Shown: positions 12,967 to 27,240 of the stretch, piece by piece | How the letters are laid out: the number at the start of each line of letters is the position of its first letter | Position numbering within the stretch: position 1 is the first letter of the stretch | From: Camelus ferus | Taxonomy: Eukaryota | Assembly (NCBI RefSeq): GCF_009834535.1 | Contig: NC_045697.1 | Span: 113,710,001-113,774,000 of the forward strand | DNA length: 64,000 nt | Direction: 5' to 3' | Made by a program: the position numbers and the translations under genes | Notes under the pieces: model-generated | What the model was told of the DNA's origin: nothing | The model's input: the letters and a program-made list of their open reading frames with translations, nothing else | Databases searched by the model: none

Positions 12967-13555
12967 ACAAGACATGAAAACAACCTAAATGTCCATCGAC
13001 AGATGACTGGATAAAGAAGCTGTGGTATATTTATACAGTGGAATACTACTCAGCCATAAAGAAGAATACAATAATGCCATTTGCAGTAACATGGTTGAAC
13101 CTAGAGATCGTCATTCTAACTGAAGTGAGCCAGAAAGAGAAAGAAAAATACCATATGATATCACTCATATGTGGAATCTAAAAAAAAAAAGAAAAAAAAA
13201 GAACACTTCGAACTCACCTGCAAAACAGAAATATACTCACAGACATAGTAAACAATCATATGGTTACTGGGGAAAGGGAGTGGGAAGGGATAAATTTGGG
13301 AGTTTGAGATTTGCAAATATTAGCTACTATATATAAAAATAGATTAAAAGGAAAAAAAACAAGTTTCTTCTGTATACCACAGGGAACTATATTCAATATC
13401 TCATAATAACCTTTAACAAAAAATATGAAAATGAATATATGTATGTATATGCATAACTGGGACATTGTGCTGTACACCAGAAATTGACACATTGTAACTG
13501 ACTATACTTCAATTCAAAAAAGAATAATAAAAAATAAAATTTAATTAAAAAAAGA
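12967..13555 (+). mobile_element. 5'-truncated young LINE-1 3' end (camelid-type)
   Basis: caacctaaatgtccatcgacagatgactggataaagaag...gctgtacaccagaaattgacacattgtaactgactatacttcaat followed by an A-rich tail. Confidence 0.92.
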
Positions 13556-16500
13556 AACTTAGAACATATACACACACCTAGAAAGGGATCAAAATAGGAT
13601 GATGTTTGCAATGACATGTAAAGAAGTAAGATTTGGATGTATCCAATTTGATTTTGTTCTTAACTCTTAAATAGAATGAACGTGCTTACAATTCCATAAA
13701 ATAAGTAGTTTTAATTTTTAGAGGAGAATAAAGAAAACAAGTGAGGAACAGATGCATTTAAATAATAGAGTACTTTTGAATGAGGATAACTTCAGATGAA
13801 GAAAATATTTTCCCCAATTTTTAGAGAAATATCTTCAGGTTTTTACATAGGCAAAATGGAATGAAATATTTATGAGGATGGGGGAAAATATATCCAAGCA
13901 ATGTATCAATACCGACTACAGGAATTCCTCTCGTGACCATGGTAGCCAATGGGCTAAAGGGTTACTTTGGTGTCTACAATGACTGTTCTGCAGTCTGAGT
14001 GAGTTCATTCAGAAGCAGCGCATCCTCTCTGGCTCTGTCTGAGTGCCTTCTAGTGGATAATCCAGATCTGCTCTGCCCTTCTTTGAGTTCAGGACGAGAT
14101 GACAAGTGAATCAGTGTGACCAGACTTCAGAGATGGCCCTCCTGGAATCTGGGAGGTTTTTAATATACCAAAATTCCTGCCTGGTGGTGGCTGGACTGCT
14201 TTGATAACAAAATTAATTTGGCCTCTAGAGAAGGTCTGTTTTGTTGGGAAAAGTATTTCACAGAGGTGATTCCCTCTCCAGTTCTTCACCTATAAACAAA
14301 ATATCAATAGAGATGGAAAATAAGTCAGAAAATGATTTGTAATTTCCTGAAGGAGGCACTTAAGGTAACTGGAGGATTCTTAAAAATTAAGATTTTAATT
14401 AATGGTCTCCATGGAAGAACTCTGCATTGAAAAAGAATTATAAAATTACTCCATATTTGGACATTTGATGAAAGCATGTAAATGGCGAGAGTCTAGACGA
14501 TGTCATGAATGTTTAATGTATATTTTATTGCATTTCTATTTTTCCTTTTTTTTTAAATTTTTAAAAGTACACACTTATCTATTTGAGTACTTTGTTTTCA
14601 AAACATGAAAAAAAGATTGCAAATACGTGTGTCTGGGAGGAAAGAGAAACCATAATGTTGCAGATTACATTGTTAGACAAATTCCCAGAAGATGCAGAGA
14701 GAATGTTAAAGTTAAGAAATATGCAGTATATCTGTTAAAAGAAAGAACAAAATTCACTGAAGGAAAAGTGAACCGTGTGTGATTTTACATTGTTTGCTCA
14801 TGTATCTCCTTATTAACACAGGCAGACTCGGAAGTCTATTTTTAATATTACATTTGGTAGTATTTTTAGGCTTTATAGACTTTTGACAGATGGAATCATA
14901 AATTTATTGATTTAATATTCTCCAACCTAAAACACTCCAGATGCAGATGGAATGTAATAAGGGTTTCTGGCATAGTCAGGATTAGTTATGATATAGTTCA
15001 ACATTTTTAGTCTCAGGTTCATTTGGACCTCAAAATATTGTCATGGTCTGTTATAAAAGGATCTAAATTAATTTGATGAAAGTCTCATCTGCCTATATGC
15101 AAATTTGGGAAGGGTGTTTCTAATTGACATACCAAATTCCATGCAGTGTAACTAAATTGCTACGGGAGATTTAAAGCAATTATCTGAGCAATCTGGTCAA
15201 GACAAAGTTATAATTAACAAATATTTATGGAGTGTCCACTGAGTGCCTGTCTTTATATTAGTTGCTATAAATCTGTTTACGTTTCTGGAAGTAGATCTGA
15301 TGGTGAGGTTTGAGACGGAAGAGAGCTAAGTGTAGGGGGCAAAATTCTCATCAAGGAAGGATTTAGTGTCTAAGACAACAAAAAAGATAATCTAGCAATT
15401 TACAAAGAGAAATTCTTATTTATATTTTGATTCACTCTATCTCCTGGTAATTCCAAAATAGGGCATGTGCTTAAAAGCAATTTTTAAGAAGTCAAATTAT
15501 AATATTTTTCTATTTTACAGTAGATTTTCACATTCTGTAGGCACATTTAATTATGTTTAGAATGAGCAAATTAATTTGGGGGTGAGATAGTCTAAAGAAT
15601 GAAGAGAAAAAGAAGAAAAATCAAAGGTGATGTGTGTTCTGATTCAGAAGCCTATATATCATTTTTATTTATGGCAGAGAAAAAACCTTGGGCAGCAATA
15701 ATCACTTTTTTCCTTCAAGCATTTGCCTTGTACATAGATTTCTAAAATAAAATCTTACATTTACTGCTTTTTTTTTTGCCTTAAAAACTTTTTAAAATCT
15801 ACATTTCATAGCATGACCCATTTATTGCAATGTACACAGCTGTTGCTAAGAGACCATGTGAGGATGTGCTGTGATGGTTTCTATTCCACTCCATCCTATT
15901 TATTTCATTTAAAAGTGCAAAAATACAGTGCATGTATTTCACTACCCACTGATGAGTTGCAACACACAGTGTGTAAATGACTTTTCTAGAATTTGGAGGA
16001 GAGGAAGCAAAAAGAATAAATAAAAAACCAGAAAATGGAAATTAAGTAGCAGGTACATGGGTCTGAACTTCAAATACACAGTAGAGGTTTTGTTCTTGTA
16101 ATCCTAGGAGTTACATTTAATTTCTGATTATTTTCTAAAAGATCTTCATGGTAACCAACCACCTGTGATGCTGACTTCAATAAGATGTTTCCAGATAGAT
16201 TGTAAGCACGGCATCTCTGCTGTAGTGACCTGCATTTTGATTCTCTTCCTGAAGCCAGGTTAGCTGAGACTAAGAAGATGTAAGGCAAGTTTGTGCTTCT
16301 CTATATGTTAATGTCAGCTGTGCCATTTGAGAGAGTACCCACGGTGAATTTGTCCAGATTGTTCAGCAGAAAACAGCAAACAGTGCTTCCAGTGTGTGGA
16401 TCAGGCTGGCATTTCAGAGTGGAGCTCCTTAGCACCCATCATTTAACAGCAGCTCAATTTTTAATCCAAAAAGATGAAGAAAATGTATCAAAATATTGCC

Positions 16501-17406
16501 AATAAAACACTTGAATATATTCAGCACTATCAAATTAATATTGTTTCTTTTTCTTTTAGTATATGTCTAGCTATATCTATAAGTGTGTCTATATACACAT
16601 ATCTTTCATTGTGTAATAAATTAAAATGACTATAGGAACCAACTATAAAATGTAATTAAGTGCAACCCTTTGAAAGTTGAGTTGAAAAATACACGCAGGA
16701 ACTATGGCAACCTGATCTATACTGTCTGTCTTGAACTCCAATTTATTGTGAATAATACTGAAGGGGAAAAGCAGGTCCAGAGTTTTGAGAGCCTCTTAAT
16801 TTTCCAAGAGAATCCGCAAATCTGAATGTGAAAATTTCAGTCTTAAAAACTAAAGAGAAATCTAAGTCGCTCAGATCCCCACTTCTGTGGAAAAGAGGGA
16901 AGTAATTAGAAAGCCTCCACTCTGCACTCTGAAAGGATGTGAAACACGATCCCATTAGAGTGATCAGTTGCAATAGAAGTTGTAACTGTATCTATGATTT
17001 TTTTTAATGTTTACTTTTTCATAATTAAAATTGCTTTTCATTCTAAAATATTTTCCTTGTCATTTTTTTTTTCATATTTGTTCCTGGGGGGGTAGCTTTA
17101 ATTAATGTTGGACCACATAGGTCTATGTTAAATCAGCATAAAGCACACAGTGATAGATAATTTATAAAATAATAAGTAGTGTCATCTTTTACATCATCTA
17201 AAATGGCAGCATTTTTTTAAGCATGATGGAGAGAAAGGGATGGAAAGTTTAACGGAGAGGGTTACAGAAGTGTTTAAAGAGCTGTGACTGTTCAAAAGGC
17301 AGATTAATCAAAAATCTTTATATTATCTTTTTCCTAGAGCGTTCACTAAAATTATGATGATTGTAGAAGTTAATTTTGGTTTTACCAAGACACCATAAAA
17401 GACACC

Positions 17407-17559
17407 GTAATTGTGGTGAAATCCCAGAAGCAGTTACGTTTAAATCTAGTGAGAGTTGCCTTTTCACTTTTCTTGTCAGCCTTGAAGAATGTAGATACAC
17501 AGTCAGAAATCAAGTTGAGTTATAAAAAAATGTTATTGAATGTCTTTGTCAGAGTTTGC
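17407..17559 (+). repeat. Local direct repeat, copy 1 of 2 (153 bp)
   Basis: Aligns without gaps to 19051-19203; about 31 mismatches in 153 by hand count. Confidence 0.9.
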
Positions 17560-19050
17560 CTAACCTTAACTTTAACTCTAACCTTATATTTGTTGGTTTG
17601 TGCTAGTTGTTTTCATTTTCTTATTTTGTTACAATCTAAGACTGCACAAAATGAAAGAATGAGAGAGGCTGTATCAGGGGAATAAAAATTTCTGGAAGAA
17701 ATATGTTTAGGGAAGGTAAAGATTCTAGAAGAGTAAACTGGATGGAGCAAGAGACAGGAAGCCACAGCCTGGTATGTGGAAAAGTTCACGTATGTAACGG
17801 GAACTAATCTCCACTGAACCACAGAGAAGCTCAGCACTTAAATGTTGTACGTGTTGGAAGAAAGAAATGAAAACTGAGACAGAAACTAGATTGCTTAACT
17901 GAGGGCGTCACTTGGCACCTCCAAGTCCGTCCTCCTGAGCATGTAGCCTGCCCAGCAAGGAGTAGACTCCACCCCCAAGAACACAATTTCTCCACTGAAA
18001 TAACGAACAGGGATGATATAAATCTATTGAAAGGAAGCAGGAAGAGGAGACAGAGGGGTTTGGAGCCCTAAATCCATAAAAAAAAAAAAAACTGCATAAA
18101 CATGTTAGAGTTTGGGCGCAATTGCTAGAAAAGGCAAATTTAAGAAAGACTGCAGCAGGGAAGTAGGGCTTGGGGGTCAGTGTCAGAAGAACAAGGGCTT
18201 CTGTTGCTTTTCACTATATAAACAACCTTTGTACTTACCTGACTTTTAAAATATGCACATATATAATTTTGATTAAAAAATTAAAAAAAAACTCAGTTCA
18301 ATACGAAACAGTAAAGAAAATTGTAGAAACCATTGATTAGAACCCATTTGGGTAAAATCATGTAGCTGAATAAGAATGTCCAGAATAAAGCAGTGGAGTC
18401 AGGAAAATATGCTAGAGATTTTATTTTGGTATCCACCTATTTTTAAACACGTTGGAGCATTTTAGCTAGATTGTCTATGATATCACCATAAGCAAGATAC
18501 TAACTACTGTGTGCAGATGGATAATATTTTGCTTTTTTTTTCTTTTCCTCTTGGTATGTTTTTTCAAATCACCATTCAGTAAAATACAGGAATACTGACT
18601 CTGTACCTATTAGCTCCTGGTATGTTTGTGATGCACTGATCAGAGAGCTCAGGGGTACACGTGTCTTTTCTGGTGTTTGATCCATTAGGAGATTGGGCAC
18701 AGCCAGGAAGTATTGTGGTTTTGGGAAAAGCAGATTCCCCATAAGAGTAAAAGATCTCCTCAAGTGAGAGAAGGAGAAGCGTGGGTGGATGGAGAGAGAG
18801 AAGATAAGCCGCCTGTCCACAGGCAGGCCAGCATCACTTCCAAGAGGAAGCAAGACCCTTGTGTGGCACCCAGGCATGTGGGACCACATGCAGACTTACA
18901 AAGATCAAGATTCTGTGTCCCAAGTATGCTGCGGGAGTATTCTAGAATAATCGGACCAGAAATACAAATGCATGAAAATCAAAACAGAGGTCAGTAACCC
19001 ATTCCCATCACTACTGCTTAAGAGTTGAGATTGCAAAAAAAAAAAAGAAT

Positions 19051-19203
19051 GTAATGGCAGCAGAATCCCAGAAGCAGGTGAGTTTAAGTCTAGTAAACGC
19101 TGACTTTTCATTTTTCTTGTCAGCCCTGAAGAATGTAGACTCATAGTCAGAAATCAAGTTGAGTTATATGGAAATAATGTCGTACATCTTTGTCTGAGTT
19201 TGC
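19051..19203 (+). repeat. Local direct repeat, copy 2 of 2 (153 bp)
   Basis: Aligns without gaps to 17407-17559; shared blocks aatcccagaagcag, ttttcttgtcagcc and agtcagaaatcaagttgagttata. Confidence 0.9.
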
Positions 19204-20691
19204 TGTGACTCATGTTCAATAAACCTGCTCAAATCTCAAGAGACGGTTAGGCATGATGGGTGCAGAGTGGTGGGAAGAGACGGCAACAGGTTCTTCGAGG
19301 AATCAGTCTGCTTCCGCCCGTCTTCTGGTTTTTTTGTTGTTGTGGAAAATTTTTATTCTTTAACAACTCCCTCCTAAATTTGACTGTTTCGGAGGCTAGA
19401 TAACCCTTATATATACTTTAATGGGCTGTGATTCAAGGGCCCTGGCAACGATGCAGTGTGTGGGTAAATTCTAGAGCTTGAAAATATGACACTTTGGAGT
19501 TTCTTCTATTTAAGTATTTGCATGACTTCCTGAATTTTGGGAAGTGTCAGAGAGACCTATTACAGCAATCAGCTAACTAAGTATATTATGTTACATTAGC
19601 TACAATTCACTTACACTTAAGTAAATTACTGGGTTTTATTTCACGGCACCCACTCATAATCTTTAAAAAAAAACTTGTAGAATGTGTTACTTTTATAAAA
19701 TTGCTTTATATTTCAAATGCACTGAAATTTTGATATATTCAGGTATATTTATATTTCTGATATTTTGACATATTTAATAAACAATATGACCCAGGACTTT
19801 AGCTAGTACTGGTTTTCCCTATTTAAATGCTTTCCTATTTTGAAAGTATCTAAGACTGTGTCAAAGATAAACAATAAGTTTACTCTGATGCATAAATGAA
19901 ACACAGAATGACTAAAGGGAGAAGGGTAGATACTTACAGGAGAGACCCAAGTTGAACAGCAAAAAAACACTGAAGGAGAAGAATTACTCATGATTTTCTG
20001 AGACCTAAGAATGTAAACTGCCATATTGGATTAGTTATTTGTCATTTTCAGACAATAAGGAAACACATAATAAAATCTGAGAACTTAATATTGGAAACAA
20101 TACATTTTATGGATTCTCATATTAAAGGCACAGTTATATACAGTGTAAGAAAGGCATTTATTAAAGATAAAAATGTATTATTAAGATGCCATTTCCTTAC
20201 TATACAAATATATTATTTCTATCAAGTTTAGAAAATACAGCAAATGCATCAGAATAAGTATTTATACTTATTTAAATCTAAGAGAATGAAGTGATTACCT
20301 CCAGAACAGTGTACAGAATGAAAATAATGACATTGAGAAAAAATGAAACTGAAAAAATAGAGAGGAAAAAATGAAACTGAGAATTGGCCATCAAGTCTAT
20401 TAGGAAACTCGTAAGGTCTTTGTTTGCTTTTTTACCCACAAAATCCACTGTAAAGGAGATTAAGAATTAAATTACAATTAAGATGAGAGAGATTTTAACT
20501 ATTTGATTTGATAAAATGAAGGTCGTAAACGATTGTCATTCTTCCAGTGATTGAGATTGAATCCAGATCAAAAAGGATATGCAGATTTATTTTTATTTGG
20601 GTAATATGGAGAATTCCTTATATTAAAACTCCAACAGCTACAAAATGTTAGGAAAGTTCAAAAATTAACATTTAAAAAAAGAACATCCACA

Positions 20692-20780
20692 GTGATCATT
20701 TCACAATATATAAAATCTTGAATCATTATGTTGTACACTTAAAACTAATATGCTGTTACAGGTCAATTACCCCTTAATAA
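20692..20780 (+). mobile_element. L1MB-like 3' terminal fragment
   Basis: gatcatttcacaatatataaaatcttgaatcattatgttgtacacttaaaactaatat...aataaa. Confidence 0.65.
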
Positions 20781-23700
20781 ATTTTTTAAAAATTTTTTGC
20801 AGAAAATTTGCAGAATTTGCAGAAAATACAGACATCATACCTAATTAAGGGTCAGAAATAAAGACAGAGTAAAGAAACCCAGAGGGATTTGCTATTGTGA
20901 AAATTTTAGTTGCTTTAGAGGCTAGACTGTCTATCCGGGCAGTTTTGATTTTAATGAACAGCAGAGACAACATACATTACCTTGATCTATTGAAAGAGAG
21001 AAGTTGGAACCAAAATCCATGAAAAAACTAGGACGCAGTGTAAAGAAAGAATAGAAACAATCTGTCATTTAAAACAAAAACAAAAACTCACAGAGAAATC
21101 TGTCAGCTTTGGCTCATTCTCTAGGTTGGGAAAAAAAAAGTTTATTTTATTTTTTTCAAATATTTATAAAAACTTTCCCACCCTCCTGCAGGATTCTGTT
21201 CAGATTTATACTAACGCATTACAAGTGGAAACATGGTAGCCAGTTAGTTCTGAATCATCTTTCTTTTCGTGGAAACAATCCAATGTAATGAAGAAAATAT
21301 ATATTATTTCTTAGAAAAACTAAGGGTCTGGGGAAACCTCAGGTTGTAATTTATATGTAAGTATTCCCCAATGCAATTCTGATAATCAGAGTATATAGCA
21401 GGTCCTACAAAAAGCTATAACAATATAGTAGAAAAAGCATGGCTGAAGCAGAGGGGTCTAATGAAGCCAGGTCTTTGAAACTATTTTCTCTAGAAGAAAC
21501 CACTTTGAATGGAAATTGCTACGATTAGGGGTAAGATCGAATAGTATATGAAAACGGGGATCTGAAAGAGTGAAGTAAAAGGTACTTAGGGGAGCCCAGA
21601 GGAGAACAGAAAACACATGAGCAAATAAATCCACCTTCTAAAAGAAAATATATTACTTTGGAAGGCAGGAGCTTTGTCCCTTTGTGCCTTTTGCAGGAAC
21701 TGAAGCGCTTATAGCTGGGAAAGGAACACTCTCTAAACCTGGTAAATTCTTAGAGGCATAAGAGGTATAACCTTCCAGAGATGCCAAACGTTAACAAAAG
21801 AATATGTCAGTGTCACGACAGAGGGACAGCCCTCGACATGGAAAAGACGGAGCTGGGTGTGAAGTTTCACTGGGTACCACTTCACCTCATCAGGAAAGTC
21901 TTGTGAAAAGCTGGTCCAGAAAAATCAAATTCTCTTAAATATGCGTAAGAAAAAGTATGGCATAACATTCATCCAAAGACAGTAAGACAGTGGAAAGGAG
22001 TTTGTATGAGAGAGAATGAGAATACTAGGAGATAGCCACATTCTTTCCCTGATGTTTTTTCAGAGGGAGCTAAAATTTTCCCATGAAGAAAATTCATAGC
22101 ATGTTGGAAAGGCACAGTATCTATTTGGGAAAGTTGGTTCTAAAGAGCAAACATGGAGATACTTGCTAGTCATATTCTTGGCCATCAGAGGAGACTTCCC
22201 TTTCCTATTTTTAAAGGAGAGCAAAAGTGTCAGATTTTTTATTGTTGTCTTTAAGAAGATGTAATTTCTGAAAAAGGATCCAGAAAGGATAACGGAGATA
22301 TAAATCCTTGATAAAGTGAGAAAGAATTCAGCTCACACAAGAAGAGACTGAAACTGAAAACTAATGGATGTCTCTTGTACTTCTTGGTGAAAAAGAAGAA
22401 AAAAACAGGAAGCAGACGTTGGTATGTTCACAAGCTTAGTTTTGAGGAGACTGAAGTGTTTCTGACAGCGTCTATTTTCGTGGTGAAATATGAGGTCATT
22501 ATCAGCTCAAGCTGTGTACGTGATCATGGTAAGGGGTGAGGGATGTTGGAGCAGTGACAGAGAAGGTGAAGATGTCACTGTAGAGAAGAGGTATTCACTT
22601 AATGTTGCATCCTTTGTAACAATGAGAAGAGGCTGTTACATGGTATGAGAAGAAGCACAAAATATCATGTTTCTCGTGGAAACCACAATGATTACAATAC
22701 TTTATAATACTCATAATACTCAATATTTATAAGAATCATAAGTGGTACATAAATTAAAATTGATGACATCCCACACTCCCGAGTCCAATTCCCATGTATC
22801 CGGATGGCAAATGTTAACAGTTTGATGGTGTCATGTTTGAAACCATTTTCTCTAAATGCATTGATATATATGTGTGTGTATATATATATATGTATTACTT
22901 AGATGTATTTGTATCTATTTTTTATCTGTCTAGTGAATTTATTTTCTTTTACAAAAGTGGCATCCACTTTTCCTTGGCATCTCTTTCTTTTTCAGTAGGT
23001 CAGACCAATTTCACTCTGGTCCCTATCATACAAGTATATTATGCACTATTTATGTCCTTTCCTATTTTGGAAGATTCACATAATTGCCAGATTTACTACT
23101 ACAAAAGTGCTGTTATGAGCAGTTTGCATGTGGGTCTGTAAGCACTGGTGAAAGTAAGATTGAACTAACGTCACTTTCTGAAATCTGTTACTCTTAAGTT
23201 TCTTACGTGCTGTTTGCTTATCAGCATGAACTTAGGTGTGTTCCTTTATCACACTTTTCTAGTATTTCCTAGTGAAAGCAATACATATTTTTCCTGGCTA
23301 TGTTAATTTTTGCAGGACACCTTTTTTTTTTAGCATCTTTGTTATTTACTGATTGATATTTCCTAATTCTGGTTATAATTAAACTTACTTCTCAAAAATG
23401 TGTATATTAAAATGTTAAGAGAACCTAAGATTATTTCCTGACCCCTGAACTACCTTCTGATGGTAGGTATGTCTGCAGGGTTATTTGGAAATATTGCACC
23501 TACATTCTGAGAAGCAGAGCTGTCAAACATATTAATGTATATAGCACACAAATGATATCTACATATGTGTGTACAACATATAAGATAGAGTGTATATTAT
23601 TAGACATATAATTAGTTATGTGAGACAGAGATGTGGATATAAAAACGTGTACACATAGAATATCTTAATAAGGTACAGAAGAAACTGCTAAGAATATTTC

Positions 23701-24052
23701 TCTCATGAAGGGAACCAGGAGAAAAATAAGGTATTATTTTTACTTTTCATCAACCACTCTTTTGAACATTTGCCTTTTTCAGTATTACACATAGGTATTA
23801 TCTCAATAATCATTAAACAATTAGCAATACATTTTAAAATAAAATTATCTGGATAGCTGGATACCCATTCTGCCTTTCAAGAATGTTAATCCCCCTAATC
23901 TCTTGTCTAAGTCCTTATTTAACAATAAAATGAGTTAAAATACCACCAAAAAAGAGAGCCAGTATTTTTAAAGTTCTGAATAATGTTGGATACTCTGCTA
24001 AGCACTTAAAATATGTTACAATGTTTAATGCACACATCCTATCATCAACTTA

Positions 24053-24058
24053 ATTTTT

Positions 24059-24117
<59 letters not shown>

Positions 24118-24348
24118 TATATTTGAAGTATAGTCAAGTATAGTCAGTTTACAATGTTTGTCAATTTCCGGTGTACAGCACAGTGCTTCAGTCATATAGG
24201 AACATGCATATATTCGTTTTCATATTCTTTTTCATTATAGGTTACAAAATATCGAATACAGTTCCCAAGTATAAACTTGTTGTTTATCTATTTTATGTAT
24301 AGTAGTTAGTACCTGCACATCTTGAACTCCCAATTTATCCCTCTCACC
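24053..24348 (-). mobile_element. Short camelid-type L1 3' end; poly(A) tail converted to (TTTA)n microsatellite
   Basis: (ttta)n at ~24057-24117, then tgaagtatagtcagtttacaatg...gaactcccaatttatccct; degenerate TSD cctatcatcaactta / cctgtcatcgctta. Confidence 0.88.
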
Positions 24349-26309
24349 CCTGTCATCGCTTATGAAGGTGATGTTTTTAATTTCACTTTTTAAAGGAGCA
24401 CAATTAAGAGGACAAGTCATTTACTAAAGGCTGAGTAGTTTTAGTTTATAGAGGCAGGATTTGCATCCTGCTCTCACTGGCTACAAAATGGTCATGCAGA
24501 TAATATGTTTACATTACAGTGAACATATGGAAGCCACATATTGACGTAGATGTGTACAAAGAAAAGGAGGACTTATTTTAGAGTAATTGTGTATAAACAA
24601 TAAAAGAAGCCTAATCAGCAGGAGAGAAATCGGGGGACGAGAAAAATAACAAGAGAGAACAAGTTCGTTGCTGGAACTACTGAGTTTTAAAAAGGCAAAA
24701 GAAGCAGAAAGTCACCTGGAGGCTGTTTTATTTCTGTTCTGAAATTCGGAAGGAGAAGGAAGTGGCAGGAAGGGGAGGAATACAACAACGACGAGACTTC
24801 AAGGCGGGAAGGATGTAAAATGAGAGGCGAAAATACATCAGACAGAAATGAAAGAAAGAGGAACCAGAGAAGCATTGTTAAAGTCATAAACTTGCAGAGA
24901 ACAATAAAAATATCAGAGTCATAGCAAAAATCAGAATTGAGTGAACCATATAACAAATATATCAGAGGTAATTTATTACCTTAATATTCATACAAATTCA
25001 AAAAGGTAGGTGATAGTTAATATATACACACATATATACACTATAAAAATAATGATTAAGCTCTGAGCATAAAATACAACAATCTGAACATAAGAGGCGA
25101 CAATAAAAAAAAAAAGAGAAGTTTCCTTTGCAGTGTACGTGTGTGCGTGTGTGTGATAATTGACATGTAGTAAATAATGAAGAATTTCTATTCAGACATG
25201 AAAGTAAATACCACAAATTCATTGAGAAGCAAAAGTCAGTGATGAATAAAACAAAAACAAAAACAAAAAATAATACATATTATTAAACCTACAAAAATAA
25301 CCTAAGATGGCTAGGATGGTGTATTTCAGAGTGTGAAAATTTAATAATTTGAAATTCAGAAGAAAGGAAGTGATAACTGGTAGGTTTGTAGTTTCTAGTA
25401 ACTTAAGATAGAATATTGGGATAATTTCCCAGAAGTGACGTGAAAATGATCATATTACCAGTAGAGCTTGATGCTTATTGTGTGTTTGACAGGAGATTTT
25501 CATAAATCATTAGAAATCCCAGGAAAAAAGCTTCCTTTAGACCTTACCAATCATAAGGACATCAGAATTGTTAGACGTAAAATTATGTACAAAGGAAGAT
25601 TCATTAGCAGATAAATTGGGACCCAATAAAGAGAATTTTGAGGATAACAAAGTAGAATGAGAGAAGTAAAGGAACTAAATTAGATGTGCTAATATCAGTA
25701 TTAAAATGAGAATAATGATTTAGGAAGATATGGAATCTTTGTATGCGAAGGAGACAAAGAATAGTACAGTAATTTCAAAGAAAAATAATCCTTTCCTGAA
25801 GGAGGGGAAAGTGGAAAGCAGAGAGAAAAATAACTTTGAGCCTGGGAAAATTCTATGTGTAGGGAGGGGAAAAAATGTGTGAAATATACATGAGTTTTTA
25901 AAAAGAAACATAAAGAAGAGATGGAAAACAGCAAGATCTAGAAACTCAAATGACCCCTTCCTTGTGAATAATTTATAAGCCTGTATCATCTTCTAAGAAC
26001 TTTTCTTATAGATGCCATTTCCACAAAGAAAGAAAATCCAGCTATCAAAAACCTGCATAAAGTACTTTTTTCAGTTTCAAATCTTTTATGTGTTGAGGAA
26101 GACAGAAGTGTGCAGGCACGGGGTCAGGGATGTGTGCAAGCAAGTCAGGTGTAATAGACAGCTGGTAACACTCTTCTCCAAGAGAACTGCTCAAGTGTCC
26201 AAAATGGACCGATTTTTAGATAATTTTCTTTCTTAAAGTGAATATTTACATTAGTGTTAGACCAAAAACGAAGAAAGCATTATAGATCCTAAGCGGAGAT
26301 AGCAATGAA

Positions 26310-26872
26310 TTATGACAAAGTTAACCCACTTTTTAACCAATCCCCAACCCCCAGATAAAATTGTATACATAGCAGAAACATCCAAGTCTCCTCCAGGTTA
26401 CTGTACCCTGGATCTTCCCAGCACGTAATGTTATTCTGACTTTGTGAACCAAAGATCTCTTCTTGGCCTGTTTTTGAACTTAACCATATGGAAATGTACA
26501 AATATGTATCCTTTTATAATTAACCTCTTTCACTCAATAGCACATTTGAAAGTTTCCACTATGTTCTTGGATGGAGAGGTAGTTTGTTTTTATTGTTAGT
26601 ATAATACTCTATGTTGAGGATATACCACAACTTAAATGTACATTTTATTGTTGACGTAAATTACGTTGTTCACTTTTGTAGCTATTATGGCTAATGTGAC
26701 AAAAAATTTCTAAGAAGTAACTCTGGGGGAAAATATTACATACCTGATTTAGGTATATCCCAGGAAACTACTGGCTTATAGAATATGTATATATTTAACT
26801 TATTAGATGCCATCAATTATTTTTCCCCACAATGACTTTAACAATTTCCTGACCCAGCAACTATGTAAGAGA
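26310..26872 (-). mobile_element. Ancient L1ME-like ORF2-end/3'UTR fragment
   Basis: ctttcactcaatagcacatttg, ggatataccacaac, tttaggtatatcccagg and cccagcaactatgtaagag are antisense old-L1 phrases. Confidence 0.65.
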
Positions 26873-26884
26873 GGACATCAAGGT

Positions 26885-27240
26885 ACAAAGCATGTTCATT
26901 CACACAGTAGAAAACTCGGTTTTGCTAAGATGCCAACCCTCCTTATAATGATCTATAGATTTGATGCAATCCTAATTAGAATTTCTAACATGCTTTAGTT
27001 TTAGTAGAATTTTACGAGCTGAATCTAAAATTTATAGCTGTATAAAAATTCTTAAAGGAAATAATCTTGAAATAGTAAAATCATGTTAGCATATTTATTA
27101 CTGTGTTTCAAGAATTATTATAAAGTTACAGTAATCAAGATAGAGTTTCACTGGCCTATGGTTAAAAAAATGTTTCAACAGAACAAAACAGAATGTCCAG
27201 AAATAGACTCACATAAATACACTGTGAAAATAAATAAAGG
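26885..27240 (+). mobile_element. Ancient L1 ORF2 fragment in the opposite orientation to its neighbour
   Basis: Translates IYRFDAILIRI and NYYKVTVIK...NKTECPEIDSHKY, like L1 ORF2 IYRFNAIPIKI and YYKATVIK...NRIESPEI. Confidence 0.75.

Noticed and set aside
18225..18250. Perfect minus-strand donor CAG|GTAAGT
   Set aside because: Lies in an old L1 3'-end-like scrap with no upstream exon evident
20335..20826. Short direct repeats (gaaaaaatgaaactga x2; tttgcagaa x3), and similar ones near 878, 9868, 55717 and 63041
   Set aside because: Ordinary slippage micro-duplications; no regular repeat-spacer structure, so not CRISPR-like
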